Assembly (NCBI GenBank): GCA_021163425.1
Contig: JAGGWS010000038.1
Span: 10,418-74,417 of the forward strand
Reading direction: 5' to 3'
DNA length: 64,000 nt
From: Candidatus Omnitrophota bacterium
GTDB lineage: Bacteria; Omnitrophota; Gorgyraeia; Duberdicusellales; Duberdicusellaceae
In this document: positions 9,630-21,008 of the stretch, piece by piece
How positions within the stretch are numbered: the first letter of the stretch is position 1
How the letters are laid out: the number at the start of each line of letters is the position of its first letter
Program-made: the position numbers and the translations under genes
The notes under the pieces: generated by a model
What the model was told of the DNA's origin: nothing
Databases searched by the model: none
The model's input: only the letters and a program-made list of their open reading frames with translations

Positions 9630-10973
9630 TTAGTTCTTGCCTTTTAAATTCTTAACTTTACTGATAACCTCTTTTATATCTCTACAGCCATATAATTTAA
9701 GCCCTAAAAATTCTTTTAGATTTAACTTTTCTAAGTTACTCTGAGGAATAAAAGCATATAAAAAACCTAACCTTTTTATCTCGGAAAGCCTTTGAGAAAT
9801 ATTATAAACTCTCCTCAACTCTCCGGAAAGGCCTACTTCACCAATAAATACACATTCTCTGGGTACTAAAAAATCCTCATAACTGGAGGCAACAGCTAAA
9901 ACTAAAGCTAAATCGCTACAAGGATCATCTATTCTTATACCTCCGGTAACATTTACAAATACATCCTGATTGCCTAAATTTAATCCTAATCTCTTCTCCA
10001 TCATAGCTAAAATCAAAGAAAAGCGATTAAAATCAAAACCAACACTCTTTCTTCTCACCATCCCAAAGCTTGCCCGAGTAACTAAAGCTTGAACTTCTAC
10101 TAATATTGCTCTCACTCCTTCTAAAACACAGCCTACAGCACTTCCTGAAGAAGACCTACCCTCTCCAGAGATAAATATTGAAGAAGGATTTTCCACTTCT
10201 TTTAACCCTGAAGAAGTCATCTCAAATACTCCAATCTCTCCCAGAGAACCAAATCTGTTTTTCACTGCCCTTAAAATACGAAAATTTGAATTCTTTTCTC
10301 CCTCAAAATATATTACACAGTCTACAATATGTTCTAAAGCTTTAGGACCAGAAATAACTCCTTCCTTAGTCACATGACCTACGATGAATAAAGAAACGCC
10401 CTTTTTTTTAGCAGTCTCAGTAAGAATATTTGCCGACTCTCTTATCTGAACTAAACTCCCCAGAGAAGCTCCTAAAGAAGCAATCTTTAGCACCTGAATA
10501 GAATCAATTATTATTAAGAAAAAATCTTTTTCAAATAAAAGAAGAAGAGTTTCCAAATTATCCTCATTAACCAAGAAAAGATTTTCTGCGTCTATACCTA
10601 ATCTCTTTGCTCTTAAATTTATCTGAGCTAAAGACTCTTCAGCACTTACATAAAGAACTTTCTTATTTTTAGCTATTTGTGAAGCTACTTCTAAAAGAAG
10701 TGTGGACTTTCCAATCCCTGGCTCTCCACCTACTAAGACTACTTCTCCCTTAATTAAGCCTCCTCCTAAGACCCGGTCAAATTCTTTTATCTGAGTAGGA
10801 AATCTTTCTTCTTTAATAGTAGATAACTCTCTTATATTAGTAAGAGAAGGCAACGGGTCTTCCCTTTCTTTTCGAGAAGAAACCTCTTCAGTAAAACTCT
10901 CCCAGGCTCCACACTCAGGACACTTTCCTAACCACTTAAAAGTCTTATAGCCACAATTCCTGCAGATAAACAT
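9630..10973 (-). CDS. radA: DNA repair protein RadA/Sms
   Basis: N-terminal C4 zinc finger, GEPGIGKSTLLL, KNRFG, Lon-like C terminus. Confidence 0.97.
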   Translation of the reverse strand: MFICRNCGYKTFKWLGKCPECGAWESFTEEVSSRKEREDPLPSLTNIRELSTIKEERFPTQIKEFDRVLGGGLIKGEVVLVGGEPGIGKSTLLLEVASQIAKNKKVLYVSAEESLAQINLRAKRLGIDAENLFLVNEDNLETLLLLFEKDFFLIIIDSIQVLKIASLGASLGSLVQIRESANILTETAKKKGVSLFIVGHVTKEGVISGPKALEHIVDCVIYFEGEKNSNFRILRAVKNRFGSLGEIGVFEMTSSGLKEVENPSSIFISGEGRSSSGSAVGCVLEGVRAILVEVQALVTRASFGMVRRKSVGFDFNRFSLILAMMEKRLGLNLGNQDVFVNVTGGIRIDDPCSDLALVLAVASSYEDFLVPRECVFIGEVGLSGELRRVYNISQRLSEIKRLGFLYAFIPQSNLEKLNLKEFLGLKLYGCRDIKEVISKVKNLKGKN

Positions 10974-11044
10974 TTTTAAAATTCTCTTATAGTTATTATA
11001 TTTTTTAAACTCCTCTCCTAAAAGCTCCCAAATTATTACTCTTC

Positions 11045-11731
11045 TTATCTGGGCTTATGGAGAAGTTTCCAGGGGTGAGCTTTCAAATCTTTTACAAATT
11101 CTTCTATATCTCTGTAAAGAGTATCTTCATAAATAAGCCTGCCCACAGTTCCTCTCCTCTCCCTTAAATCTCTGAAAAAACCCCTCATATCAGAAGAAAC
11201 TCCCTCTAAGCTACCTACAAATTTCTTAAAAGTAGAAATTATCTCTTCTTCTCTAACTAAATTATCTAAGGTGTCTAATAATTTATAAAAACGCTCTATA
11301 CTGGCCCGCACAAACTTACCTAAAGTATATAAAGGCACTGAATCCTCACCAATTATCACATCTGCCTCTTTTAAATATTGCTTTGAACCTTCCTGAGGAA
11401 TTATCTCTAAATATTTCTCCCCTAAAACCCCTAAACTATTAACAAAGACTTGAGAATCTGAAGGTATCTTTACATCTTTTCTTATCCAGGCATAGACTAT
11501 AACCTTAGTCTTCTCACCTTCCCGGACTAAGGAAACTTTCTTAACCTCTCCTGCGTCTATCCCTGCTACTCTCACCGGAGAAGCAGGCTTTAACCCGTCC
11601 CCAAAATTAAAGACAACTTTAATTGTATAGCCGGGGTTAAAAATCCTAAAATCCCGAATAGAAAAGATGCCCACAATAAGAATAATAATTGCACCTAAGA
11701 TAAAAATTCCTAATTTAAACTCTTTAGACAT
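11045..11731 (-). CDS. mlaD: MCE/MlaD family protein
   Basis: N-terminal TM anchor, GL...SPVRVAGI..GEV, GVLGEKYLEI. Confidence 0.88.
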   Translation of the reverse strand: MSKEFKLGIFILGAIIILIVGIFSIRDFRIFNPGYTIKVVFNFGDGLKPASPVRVAGIDAGEVKKVSLVREGEKTKVIVYAWIRKDVKIPSDSQVFVNSLGVLGEKYLEIIPQEGSKQYLKEADVIIGEDSVPLYTLGKFVRASIERFYKLLDTLDNLVREEEIISTFKKFVGSLEGVSSDMRGFFRDLRERRGTVGRLIYEDTLYRDIEEFVKDLKAHPWKLLHKPR

Positions 11732-11746
11732 TTTCTCCTCCTGACT

Positions 11747-12499
11747 CTAAACATCCGTTTCTTTTATTGGACCGGTTCGACTTCCCTGAATAAACTGTCT
11801 AACTACAGGGTTATCTACTTTCTCTAATTCTGAAGGTATCCCGGTAAAAACAATCTTACCTCCAAAAAGCATAGAAATGTAATCACCAATTTTAAAAGCG
11901 CTGTTTAAATCATGGGTGACTACTACTGAAGTTACCCCTAGTTTATCGTGGAGTTCTCTAATCAAAGAATTTATCATATCAGCTCCTATAGGGTCTACTC
12001 CGGTTGTTGGTTCGTCGTATAAAAGTATTGAAGGGTTAAGACATAGAGCCCGGGCAATAGCCACTCTCTTTCTCATACCTCCGCTTAATTCCTGAGGAAA
12101 TTTATCTTCTACCCCCTTAAGGCCTACTAAAGAAAGTAAACCTTTAACTCGTTCTCTTATTTTTTGAGAAGGCAAATTTGAATATTCATAGAGAAGAAAC
12201 CCTACATTCTCCTCTACAGTCAAATAATCAAAAAGAGCTGAACCCTGAAAAACCATTCCAAATTGAAATCTTATCTTATCTAATTCTCTTTCAGGAAGTA
12301 GAGTAATGTCTGTGTTGTTTACTATAATCTTCCCTTTATCGGGCCGGAGAATTCCTATTATATGTTTAAGAAGCACACTCTTACCACAGCCTGAACGTCC
12401 AATTATTACATGGGTTTTACCATCTTCAATATTTAGAGTTAAACCCTTAAGAACATCTAATCCATTAAAACTCTTATATAACCCAATTATCTCAATCAT
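11747..12499 (-). CDS. mlaF: MlaF-family ABC ATPase
   Basis: GRSGCGKS, FQGSALFD, LSGGMRKRV, YDEPTTG.DP. Start moved to ATG 12499 (MIEIIG). Confidence 0.9.
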   Translation of the reverse strand: MIEIIGLYKSFNGLDVLKGLTLNIEDGKTHVIIGRSGCGKSVLLKHIIGILRPDKGKIIVNNTDITLLPERELDKIRFQFGMVFQGSALFDYLTVEENVGFLLYEYSNLPSQKIRERVKGLLSLVGLKGVEDKFPQELSGGMRKRVAIARALCLNPSILLYDEPTTGVDPIGADMINSLIRELHDKLGVTSVVVTHDLNSAFKIGDYISMLFGGKIVFTGIPSELEKVDNPVVRQFIQGSRTGPIKETDV

Positions 12500-12510
12500 T
12501 ATTAAAAAAT

Positions 12511-13272
12511 CTAAGGTAATAACACATAAAACAGAGCAGTTAAAACACAATCAGCTGTAATTATAAGAATAAATGATTTAACCACTGATTTAATTACCGC
12601 TCTCCCTACTCCCGTAGCTCCTGCTCCTGCTGAAAATCCTTCAAAACAACTCACCAATCCAATAATACCTCCAAAGATAAAAGCTTTAATCAGGCCACTA
12701 AATATATCCTTAAAGGCTAAAGCCTCCATACTCATCCTAAAATAAAGCCCCCAAGAAATATTTAACTTAGTAGTTCCGACAATATAACCTCCAATAATCC
12801 CAATTAAATCAGCGTATAAGACCAAAAGAGGCAAAGTAATTATCAAAGCCAAAAATTTAGGAACAGCCAGATAATCCACAGGATCAGTAGCCAAACTTCT
12901 CAAAGCATCTAACTGTTCAGTAACTTTCATAGAACTCACCTCAGCAGAAATTGAAGAACCACTCCTTCCAGCAATTATCAAAGAAGTAAGAACAGGTCCT
13001 AACTCCCGAGTTAAAGAAAGGGCTACTATTGAAGCAATATATATCTCTGAAGATATCTTCTGCAGCTGATAGGCTGTTTGAAAAGCTAAGATTATTCCCG
13101 TAAAAAGAGCTACCAGAGAGACTATAGGTAAACTCTCCACTCCTAAAATCATCATCTCCGAAATTAAAGCCTTAAACCTCTTCTTACCCCAAAAAATCCA
13201 CCAGACTACTTTAGCGAATAAGGTAGCTATCTTACCAAAATAAATAGCCAGATTATTTAACTTCTCAGTCAT
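12511..13272 (-). CDS. mlaE: MlaE-family ABC permease
   Basis: RELGPVLT, GRSGS, MKVTEQLDAL, GVG.A. Confidence 0.92.
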   Translation of the reverse strand: MTEKLNNLAIYFGKIATLFAKVVWWIFWGKKRFKALISEMMILGVESLPIVSLVALFTGIILAFQTAYQLQKISSEIYIASIVALSLTRELGPVLTSLIIAGRSGSSISAEVSSMKVTEQLDALRSLATDPVDYLAVPKFLALIITLPLLVLYADLIGIIGGYIVGTTKLNISWGLYFRMSMEALAFKDIFSGLIKAFIFGGIIGLVSCFEGFSAGAGATGVGRAVIKSVVKSFILIITADCVLTALFYVLLP

Positions 13273-13311
13273 TGGAAAATTCAGACTCTCTCTCTATACT
13301 AAATTTATAAA

Positions 13312-14190
13312 TCAAAATTTAATCTCTGGCACTTGAAGAGGGTCTTTTTTAAGAGTGAATTTTAAAAAACTCTCACTACCCAATCTATATACAAAAACTC
13401 CTGAAGCTTTAGAATCTAAAAATCCTCTCAGAGAAGTATTTTCTTCTGGTTTTAGAAAGTCTTTTTTATACTCTGAGCCTGAAGACTTATTATAAGGTAA
13501 ATTATACAACTTAGCTAAATTAAACGTTCCCTCTAAGTCCAGATGAATATTTTCCAAAAGAACATAAGAGTCGGAAAAATAAATCCAGGGGAAACTTCCC
13601 CGGAAATTCAAAAAAACCCTCTCAATCTTATAATCTTCTAAATTAGCTCCGAAGGCTTCTAATTTACCCTCTATTAAAAGATTATCTAATCTTCCCTGTA
13701 GGGTGATTTTACCCCGAAAGTCTCCTTGAAAAGGAAAATCTTCTACCCCTAAAAATTTATTTAATTTTCTTAAACTCATTCCTTTTATATCTATATCTAA
13801 TTTTAAAACCGGCTGAGGAGAAAAATCGATATTACCACTAATAATAAATCCTTCTCCTCTGAAATAGCTAAGAGTTAAGACCCCTCCTTTATAGATAATG
13901 TAGGAAGAAAAATTCTTAGTTTTACGCTGATTAAGGGATATTCTTATAGGGTTAAGATTAAAAATAAATAAGTCTTTGTCTTTTTTAACTCTTCCTTGAA
14001 AACTAAGGCTGAGTTTCTTCCCTAAGAAAATTAAATCATCCCACTCACCCTTACAAGAATAAAAAGAATCTTCTTTTCTCAAAAAAAGAGTTGGAGAAAC
14101 TTCTTCCTGGAAAGTTCTCTTCTCAGGGTAAGAAAAACCTGAATTAAAAAGACCCACAAATATAAAAAAAAATACTAAAAATCTGGTCAT
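13312..14190 (-). CDS. Hypothetical exported beta-rich protein (possibly AsmA/TamB-like)
   Basis: N-terminal hydrophobic signal; repeated amphipathic beta segments ([24 protein letters not shown]); overlaps the clpC stop. Confidence 0.5.
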   Translation of the reverse strand: MTRFLVFFFIFVGLFNSGFSYPEKRTFQEEVSPTLFLRKEDSFYSCKGEWDDLIFLGKKLSLSFQGRVKKDKDLFIFNLNPIRISLNQRKTKNFSSYIIYKGGVLTLSYFRGEGFIISGNIDFSPQPVLKLDIDIKGMSLRKLNKFLGVEDFPFQGDFRGKITLQGRLDNLLIEGKLEAFGANLEDYKIERVFLNFRGSFPWIYFSDSYVLLENIHLDLEGTFNLAKLYNLPYNKSSGSEYKKDFLKPEENTSLRGFLDSKASGVFVYRLGSESFLKFTLKKDPLQVPEIKF

Positions 14191-16631
14191 TCAAAAACAA
14201 GAGAATCGTTCTTTCTCTTGGCAATTATCTTTCTCCTCTCAGAAGAAGTTTTTAATTTAAACCTCCCCGAGATTATTTCCTCAGCTAAAGGGTCTTCTAA
14301 AAATCTCTGAATTACTCTCTTCAAAGGTCGGGCTCCAAAAATAGGGTCAAAACCTTTTTCAATAAAAAACTCCCTAGCTTGAGGAGTGAGCTCTATTTCT
14401 ATGCCCTGCTCATCCAATCTTTTATTTACATAACCTATCTCAATATCCACAATCTTCTCTAAATCCTCTTTAAGTAAAGGCCTAAAAACAATAATTTCAT
14501 CCAATCTATTGAGAAACTCAGGCTTGAAAGTCCTCTTTACCTCCTCTAAGAGTTTGTTTTTCATCTCCTCATAACTTATCTCTTCTTTAACTACAGTAAA
14601 TCCTAAAGACCCTTTCTTCTTTAAAATATCCACACCTACATTAGAAGTCATAATCAGAATGGTATTCCTGAAGTCAACCTTTCTTCCAAAACTATCAGTT
14701 AACCTTCCATCCTCTAATATCTGAAGTAATAAATTAAAGACATCAGGATGAGCTTTCTCAATCTCATCTAAAAGAACTACTGAATAAGGCCTTCTCCTTA
14801 CCCGTTCAGTGAGCTGGCCTCCTTCTTCGTAACCTACATAGCCGGGAGGAGCTCCAATCAATCTGGAAACATTAAACTTCTCCATATATTCGGACATATC
14901 TAACTGGACAAGAGCCTCTTCGTCTCCAAACATAAATTCAGCTAAGACCCTGGCTAAAAGAGTCTTTCCTACTCCAGTAGGACCCATAAAGATAAAAGAA
15001 CCAATAGGCCGTTTAGGATCCTTTATCCCTGCCCGGGAACGCCTTAAAGCTCTGGCTATTGACTTTATAGCTTCCCCTTGACCTACTACTCGTTTAGAAA
15101 GTTCTTCCTCAGCCTTAAGAAGTTTTTCTGACTCTTTCTCCTCCAGCTTAAATATAGGAATACCCGTCCATTGAGAAACAAGCTTAGCAATATCTTCAGC
15201 AGTTACTTTAGGTAAGACTTTATCTCGAGACTTAATCCAATCTTTACGGATTGTTTCCAGTTTAAGCCTTAATTCTCTCTCCTGGTCTCTTAATTTTGCT
15301 GCCTTTTCAAAATCTTGTTGTCTAATAAAAGCTTCCTTTTCTTTGGTTATATCCTGCAGCTTCCTCTCTATCTCTTTTATCTCAGAAGGAGTAGTAAGAA
15401 CCTGGAGTCTAGCCCGGGAACCGGCTTCATCTATCAAATCCACTGCTTTATCAGGCAGGAATCTTCCTGAAATATACCTATCTGAAAGCCTGGCTGCAGC
15501 TTCTAAGGCTTCGTCAGTAAATTTAACCCGGTGGTGAGCTTCGTATCTATCGCGTAATCCTTTTAAAATTTCTATAGTCTCTTCTACAGTAGGAGGCTCA
15601 ACTATTATCGGCTGAAACCTTCTTTCTAAAGCGGCATCTTTCTCAATATGTTTTCTGTATTCATCTAAGGTAGTGGCTCCTATACACTGGATTTCTCCCC
15701 GGGACAAAGCAGGTTTCAGAATATTAGAAGCGTCAATTGCTCCTTCAGCTGCTCCTGCTCCTACTAAGGTATGAAGTTCATCAATAAACATTATTACATC
15801 TTTTGAACGCTTAATCTCTTCCATTACTGCTTTAATCCTTTCCTCAAATTGACCTCTGTATTTTGTTCCTGCTATCATCAAGGCTAAATCTAAAACTACA
15901 ATCCTCTTGTTCCTCAAAACTTCAGGAACATTCCCCGAAACAATTGCCTGAGCTAAACCTTCTACAATAGCAGTCTTACCTACCCCGGCCTCCCCTAATA
16001 ACACAGGATTGTTCTTGGTCCGGCGGGATAAAACCTGAATAACTCTTTCTATCTCAACTTTTCTCCCAATAACTGGGTCTAATTTACCCTCTCTGGCTAA
16101 GCCAGTAAGGTCCCTCCCAAAAGAATCTAAAGCCGGGGTTTTCTTAGGCGAAGAACTGCTTTGAGAATAAGGGAAATCTCCTGAAGATGAATACCCTCCT
16201 CCTAAAAGGTCAAGAATAACCCTTCTTACTTTGTTAATATCTAAACCTAAGTTTACCAATACTTGCGAAGCTATACCCTCCTGTTCTCTGAATAATCCTA
16301 AAAGAAGGTGCTCAGTGCCAATATAGTTGTGCCCCATACTTCTTGCTTCCTCAGCAGCTAACTCTAAGACTTTTTTAGCCCGGGGAGTAAAAGGAAGTTC
16401 TCCCAACACCTGCGTTTGACCTCCGGGATGGAGAAATTTCTCCACTTCTTCCCTAATTCTTTCTAAATCCATACCTAAATTCTGTAAAACAACGCTAGCT
16501 ACTCCTTCCTGTTCAGAGATTACCCCTAAAAGAATGTGCTCAGTACCTATATAATCATGATTAAAACGCCGAGCATGTTCTTTAGCTGAAAGTAAAACTC
16601 TCCTTGCTCTCTCAGTGAATCTATTAAACAT
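14187..16631 (-). CDS. clpC: ATP-dependent Clp protease ATPase ClpC
   Basis: Clp_N repeats, two AAA+ modules ([16 protein letters not shown]), UVR middle domain, LGF loop. Confidence 0.97.
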   Translation of the reverse strand: MFNRFTERARRVLLSAKEHARRFNHDYIGTEHILLGVISEQEGVASVVLQNLGMDLERIREEVEKFLHPGGQTQVLGELPFTPRAKKVLELAAEEARSMGHNYIGTEHLLLGLFREQEGIASQVLVNLGLDINKVRRVILDLLGGGYSSSGDFPYSQSSSSPKKTPALDSFGRDLTGLAREGKLDPVIGRKVEIERVIQVLSRRTKNNPVLLGEAGVGKTAIVEGLAQAIVSGNVPEVLRNKRIVVLDLALMIAGTKYRGQFEERIKAVMEEIKRSKDVIMFIDELHTLVGAGAAEGAIDASNILKPALSRGEIQCIGATTLDEYRKHIEKDAALERRFQPIIVEPPTVEETIEILKGLRDRYEAHHRVKFTDEALEAAARLSDRYISGRFLPDKAVDLIDEAGSRARLQVLTTPSEIKEIERKLQDITKEKEAFIRQQDFEKAAKLRDQERELRLKLETIRKDWIKSRDKVLPKVTAEDIAKLVSQWTGIPIFKLEEKESEKLLKAEEELSKRVVGQGEAIKSIARALRRSRAGIKDPKRPIGSFIFMGPTGVGKTLLARVLAEFMFGDEEALVQLDMSEYMEKFNVSRLIGAPPGYVGYEEGGQLTERVRRRPYSVVLLDEIEKAHPDVFNLLLQILEDGRLTDSFGRKVDFRNTILIMTSNVGVDILKKKGSLGFTVVKEEISYEEMKNKLLEEVKRTFKPEFLNRLDEIIVFRPLLKEDLEKIVDIEIGYVNKRLDEQGIEIELTPQAREFFIEKGFDPIFGARPLKRVIQRFLEDPLAEEIISGRFKLKTSSERRKIIAKRKNDSLVFE

Positions 16632-16649
16632 TGCCCCTCCTCCTTCAAA

Positions 16650-17711
16650 TTAACTTATATATACTCTTTCTAACTTTTCTCTTAAAAGCTCAGCTCTTAT
16701 AGAATCCCTTTCCTGGTGAGAAAGATTCTTTTTATATATTTTTTGTAAGTGCGCCGGTTGAATCATAATAAATAAATAATTAAGGAGTTCAGTATTTAAA
16801 TTTTTTATTATACCTAAGTCCATTCCCAAACGCAATAAAGAAAGATAGGACAAAGTCTCACTACTGCTAATAAGCCGGCAGTTTTTAAGAATTCCCAAAG
16901 CTCTACAAATCTTATCTTCTAAAGAAAGCCTGTAGCGGGAAAGCATATACTCCCGAGCCTGAAGTTCCTGGCTTTTAAGTTGTTTTATTATCCCTGAAAG
17001 ATTACTTAGAATTTCAGCTTCACTTAAACCTAAAGTCAGTTGATTGGAAACCTGAAAAAAATTACCTATAGCCTGGGTTCCTTCTCCAAAAAAACCTCGG
17101 GTGGTAAAGGAGAGTTTACTGATTAATTCTAAAACCCTATTAATCCTTTTAGTCATAATTAATCCCGGCAAATGTAACATACAGGAAGCTCGCATACCTG
17201 TACCTACATTAGTAGGGCAAGAGGTTAAAAATCCTAAATTAAAAGAAAAAGCAAAATTTAGGGTCCTGGAAAATTCCTCGTCTGCCCGGTTAGCAATCTC
17301 CCAGGTATCCTGCAAGTCAAAACCGGACTTTATTACCTGAATTCTTAAATGGTCTTCTTCATTTACCATAATTGAACAAACCTCATCTTTTCTTAAAAGG
17401 AGAGCCTTATCTTGACTATAATTAGCATACTCCTGACTTACTAAATGGCGTTCTAAAAGAAATTCTCTGTCTAAGGGAGAAAGCTCAGCCCCCTTAAGAA
17501 ACTCAAAACCCCTTAAAAAACTACTCTTTTCTTGAGCTTCTCTTATCTTCTCAAACAGTTTCTTTACTTGAAGAGGCTTCATTCTTTTGGGAAAAGGAAT
17601 ATCTACTAAATTTCTGGCTAATCTAATCCGGGAAGAAATAATGATATTAGCATCAGGACCTTTACCCTTAAACCACTCTCCGGGCTTATTGAGTAACTCC
17701 TCCAAGATCAT
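16650..17711 (-). CDS. mcsB: Protein arginine kinase McsB
   Basis: SSRIRLARN, NEEDHLR, LTSCPTNVGTG.RAS, QPAHLQ. Confidence 0.95.
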   Translation of the reverse strand: MILEELLNKPGEWFKGKGPDANIIISSRIRLARNLVDIPFPKRMKPLQVKKLFEKIREAQEKSSFLRGFEFLKGAELSPLDREFLLERHLVSQEYANYSQDKALLLRKDEVCSIMVNEEDHLRIQVIKSGFDLQDTWEIANRADEEFSRTLNFAFSFNLGFLTSCPTNVGTGMRASCMLHLPGLIMTKRINRVLELISKLSFTTRGFFGEGTQAIGNFFQVSNQLTLGLSEAEILSNLSGIIKQLKSQELQAREYMLSRYRLSLEDKICRALGILKNCRLISSSETLSYLSLLRLGMDLGIIKNLNTELLNYLFIMIQPAHLQKIYKKNLSHQERDSIRAELLREKLERVYIS

Positions 17712-18229
17712 TTTTTATTACTCCTCTTATTTTTTTTGGTTTTTTCTGCCTCTAATTGTCTTATCTCATCGCGAATTCTGGCTGCTTCTTCATATTCTTC
17801 CAACCTTACTGCCCTCTCTAAATGTTGCTTTAATTCCTTTATTCTCTCCTCCCGAGAAAGCTCTTTCCTCATCTCTAATTTAGGAACTTTACCCCTATGA
17901 CGAAGAGAACCGTGAATCTTTCTCAACAAAGGTGTGAGTTTATCTTTAAAAGCAGAATAGCACTCTGCGCATCCCAATCTTCCTTTGTTTTTAAATTCCT
18001 CATAACTAAGGCCGCAATTAGGACAGGAAAGTTCAGAAAGAGTAATCTCATCTAGAGAATCAATATCTACTAATTCCGATAAAAAATCGGCAATATTAAA
18101 TTGTTTTTGAAATTCTTCAGTTTTCTTCTTAGCACAATCCTCACAAAGATGAACTTCAATGATTTTCCCCTCGATTATTTCAGTAAGATGAACAGTAGCT
18201 GGCTTTTTTCCACAAACATCACAAAGCAA
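17708..18229 (-). CDS. mcsA: McsA (UVR/zinc-finger activator of McsB)
   Basis: Four CxxC motifs, GRLGC..CY, C-terminal UVR (EEYEEAARIRD). Confidence 0.93.
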   Translation of the reverse strand: MLCDVCGKKPATVHLTEIIEGKIIEVHLCEDCAKKKTEEFQKQFNIADFLSELVDIDSLDEITLSELSCPNCGLSYEEFKNKGRLGCAECYSAFKDKLTPLLRKIHGSLRHRGKVPKLEMRKELSREERIKELKQHLERAVRLEEYEEAARIRDEIRQLEAEKTKKNKRSNKK

Positions 18230-18265
18230 CTTTTCCTCCTTTCCTTATTCAAAATCTTCTCACCC

Positions 18266-19141
18266 TTAAAGAGAATATCTTACTCCATCTTTTTGAGTAA
18301 GTTTTCTAAATTCTCTCATTAAAAGCTTAGTTATAGGTCCGGGCTTTCCTTTTCCAATAACCCGACCATCAATCTTTACTACTGGTGCAATCTCAGCAGC
18401 TGTTCCAGTTAAAAAACATTCATCACTAATATAAAGCTCATGACGGGTAATCACATGTTCATGGACAGGCATCTTTAATCTTTTGGCTATTTCTAAAACA
18501 GTATCACGGGTTATGCCCCGAAGAGTCCCCATACACTGAGGAGGAGTATAAATATTTCTCTTCCTTACTATAAAGATATTATCACCGGTACATTCAGCTA
18601 CATATCCTAAAGAATCGAGCATTACTGCCTCAGCAAATCCAGCATTAATAGCTTCTATCTTAGCTAAAATATTATTTAAATAATTTAAAGACTTTATTTG
18701 AGGATTTAAAGCTTCAGGAAGATTTCTGATGGTAGGAACAGTTATAATCTCTAAACCTTTTTGATAATACTCTTTAGGATAGAGTGCAATTTTATCAGTG
18801 ATTATTATGAAAGTTTCTCTACCTTTACACTCTCTGGGGTCTAATCCTAAATCACCTTCACCCCGTGTAACTACCACTCTGATATAGGCATCTCTTAACT
18901 GGTTAGCCCTTAAAGTATCTATTATTGCTTTCTTAATTTGACTCTTAGTATAAGGGATATCAAGCATAAGAGTGTGGGCTGATTCAAATAATCTCTCAAT
19001 ATGCTCTTTTAATTTAAAAACTAAACAATTATAACTCCTTATCCCTTCAAAAATTCCGTCTCCATACAGGAGGCCGTGGTCAAATACAGATATTTTTGCT
19101 TCTTTCTTATCAAACAATTTTCCATTAATAAATACTTTCAT
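18266..19141 (-). CDS. ilvE: Branched-chain amino acid aminotransferase
   Basis: DHGLLYGDGIFEG, KSLNYLNN, L.GITR, FLTGTAAEI.PV. Confidence 0.94.
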   Translation of the reverse strand: MKVFINGKLFDKKEAKISVFDHGLLYGDGIFEGIRSYNCLVFKLKEHIERLFESAHTLMLDIPYTKSQIKKAIIDTLRANQLRDAYIRVVVTRGEGDLGLDPRECKGRETFIIITDKIALYPKEYYQKGLEIITVPTIRNLPEALNPQIKSLNYLNNILAKIEAINAGFAEAVMLDSLGYVAECTGDNIFIVRKRNIYTPPQCMGTLRGITRDTVLEIAKRLKMPVHEHVITRHELYISDECFLTGTAAEIAPVVKIDGRVIGKGKPGPITKLLMREFRKLTQKDGVRYSL

Positions 19142-19177
19142 TTAACCCCCTTTTATAACCAGGTTTAACCTTCCCAA

Positions 19178-19858
19178 TTAAGAGATAATTCTTCCCTCCT
19201 TAATATTTAACACTCTTGAAGCATCTTTTGCAAGCTCAAAATTATGGGTAACTAAAACTATGGTTACCCCCTCTTCCTTATTTAAATCTTTAAGGATATT
19301 CCGCACATTCTCTGAAGAATCTCTATCCAGATTACCTGTAGGCTCATCACAAAAGACTACTGAAGGCTTATTAATCAAAGCCCGGGCTATAGCTGTTTTC
19401 TGCTGTTCTCCTCCCGAAAGCTGAGCAGGGTAAAAATTCAACCTTTCTGCCAAACCCAATTTTTCAGCTAAATTCTTAGCTTCTCTTTTAGCTTCTCGGA
19501 AACTCCTCCTTTTTAATAAATAAGGAAGATAAATATTCTCTAAGACTGTGAGTTCCTTAATTAAATGGTAAAATTGAAAGACAAAACCTACTTTCCTGTT
19601 TCTTAAAAGAAAAATTTCTTTAGATTTAAGTTCTTTTAGGTTTTTTCCTTCAAAAAAAACATCACCTTCAGTAGGATAATCTAAGCCTCCCAAAATATGA
19701 ATAAGGGTAGACTTTCCCGCTCCTGAAGGCCCGATTATTGTTAAGTACTCATCCTCCCTTATAGAAATATTTACACCAGACAAAGCTAAAACTTCTTTAT
19801 CTCCATCCTTATACACTTTTTTCAAACCTTCACCTCTAATTATTATCTCTTTACTCAT
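19178..19858 (-). CDS. lolD: Lipoprotein-releasing ABC ATPase
   Basis: GPSGAGKST, GFVFQFYHL, LSGGEQQ, DEPTGNLD; next to lolC/E. Confidence 0.88.
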   Translation of the reverse strand: MSKEIIIRGEGLKKVYKDGDKEVLALSGVNISIREDEYLTIIGPSGAGKSTLIHILGGLDYPTEGDVFFEGKNLKELKSKEIFLLRNRKVGFVFQFYHLIKELTVLENIYLPYLLKRRSFREAKREAKNLAEKLGLAERLNFYPAQLSGGEQQKTAIARALINKPSVVFCDEPTGNLDRDSSENVRNILKDLNKEEGVTIVLVTHNFELAKDASRVLNIKEGRIIS

Positions 19859-21008
19859 AACGCAAGGCTTTAGCCTCCTCTACATTAGAGGCCTTAATAG
19901 CCGGAGATAAACTAAACAAAAGACTAAAACCCAACCCCACCAAACAGACTAAAACTACATCTCTATAATCAATGAGAACCGGCAGATAATCAATATAATA
20001 AATCTTAGAAGGTAGTTTAATAAAGTGAAACTTCTCTAAAATAAAGCATAAAAACAACCCTAAACCTGCGCCCAAACCCACTCCAATAAAGCCTAAGATC
20101 AACCCCTGAATAGAGAAAAGAAAGTTTACTGAAGTTTTATTTAATCCGACACTCTTAAGAATCCCTATGTCTTTACTCTTCTCTACTACTCGGACTGTCT
20201 GAGTAGCAAAGATATTAAAACAGGCTACCAGAATTATTAAACTCAAAATTACAAACATAGTAATCTTTTCTAATTTCAAAGCCGAAAATAAAGTCTGGTT
20301 TAACTCGGCCCAGGTTCTCGCTAAACTGATACCGGAAATACCCTGAGAAATAAGATTCGCCTTTACCTTCTCAGCCTGATAAATATTCTCTATTCTTATG
20401 CCTAATAAGGGAAGAGCTTCTGCTTCTTCTAAAAAATTATTAACTAACGAATAAGGAGAGACTATAAAAGATGAATCTAAATCGTAGATCCCAAAACTGA
20501 ACAACCCTCCAACTTTAAACTTTTGAGGCTTAAAGGTTTTAGGATTAAAAATCTCTATCTCCTCTCCTAAGTTTAAGTGTAAATTCTTAGCTAAAACTTT
20601 CCCTATCAACAATCCCCCAAAATTCCCTTTCTCTAAATATTTAGACCAGACTTTTTTTTCTTCAGAGTTAAAATCCACTGCCTCTAAAACTACCGGGACT
20701 ATAGTTTTATCTTTTCGAGCAGCAGTCTGAACCTGAGAACACAAAACTGCGTTCTCTACCAAGTTAAGCTTTCTTACTTTTTGAGCTATCTGAGAATCAG
20801 GTTCCTCAAGATAAGCTATAAGATGAAAGTTAAAACCTAAAAGTTTCTCAGTCAAATTCTTATCAAAACCGTTCATCACCCCTAAGACAACTATTAAAAC
20901 ACAAATACCTAAAGCTAATCCTAAAAAAGAAATACAGCTGATAAAAGAAATGTGTTTGCTTTTACCTCTAAATATAAATTTGTAGGCCAACCAGAATTCA
21001 ACTTTCAT
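19851..21008 (-). CDS. lolE: Lipoprotein-releasing permease LolC/E
   Basis: VLGVMNGF, LFSALKLEK, ILVACFNI, IYYIDYLP, C-terminal ALRYE. Confidence 0.88.
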   Translation of the reverse strand: MKVEFWLAYKFIFRGKSKHISFISCISFLGLALGICVLIVVLGVMNGFDKNLTEKLLGFNFHLIAYLEEPDSQIAQKVRKLNLVENAVLCSQVQTAARKDKTIVPVVLEAVDFNSEEKKVWSKYLEKGNFGGLLIGKVLAKNLHLNLGEEIEIFNPKTFKPQKFKVGGLFSFGIYDLDSSFIVSPYSLVNNFLEEAEALPLLGIRIENIYQAEKVKANLISQGISGISLARTWAELNQTLFSALKLEKITMFVILSLIILVACFNIFATQTVRVVEKSKDIGILKSVGLNKTSVNFLFSIQGLILGFIGVGLGAGLGLFLCFILEKFHFIKLPSKIYYIDYLPVLIDYRDVVLVCLVGLGFSLLFSLSPAIKASNVEEAKALRYE

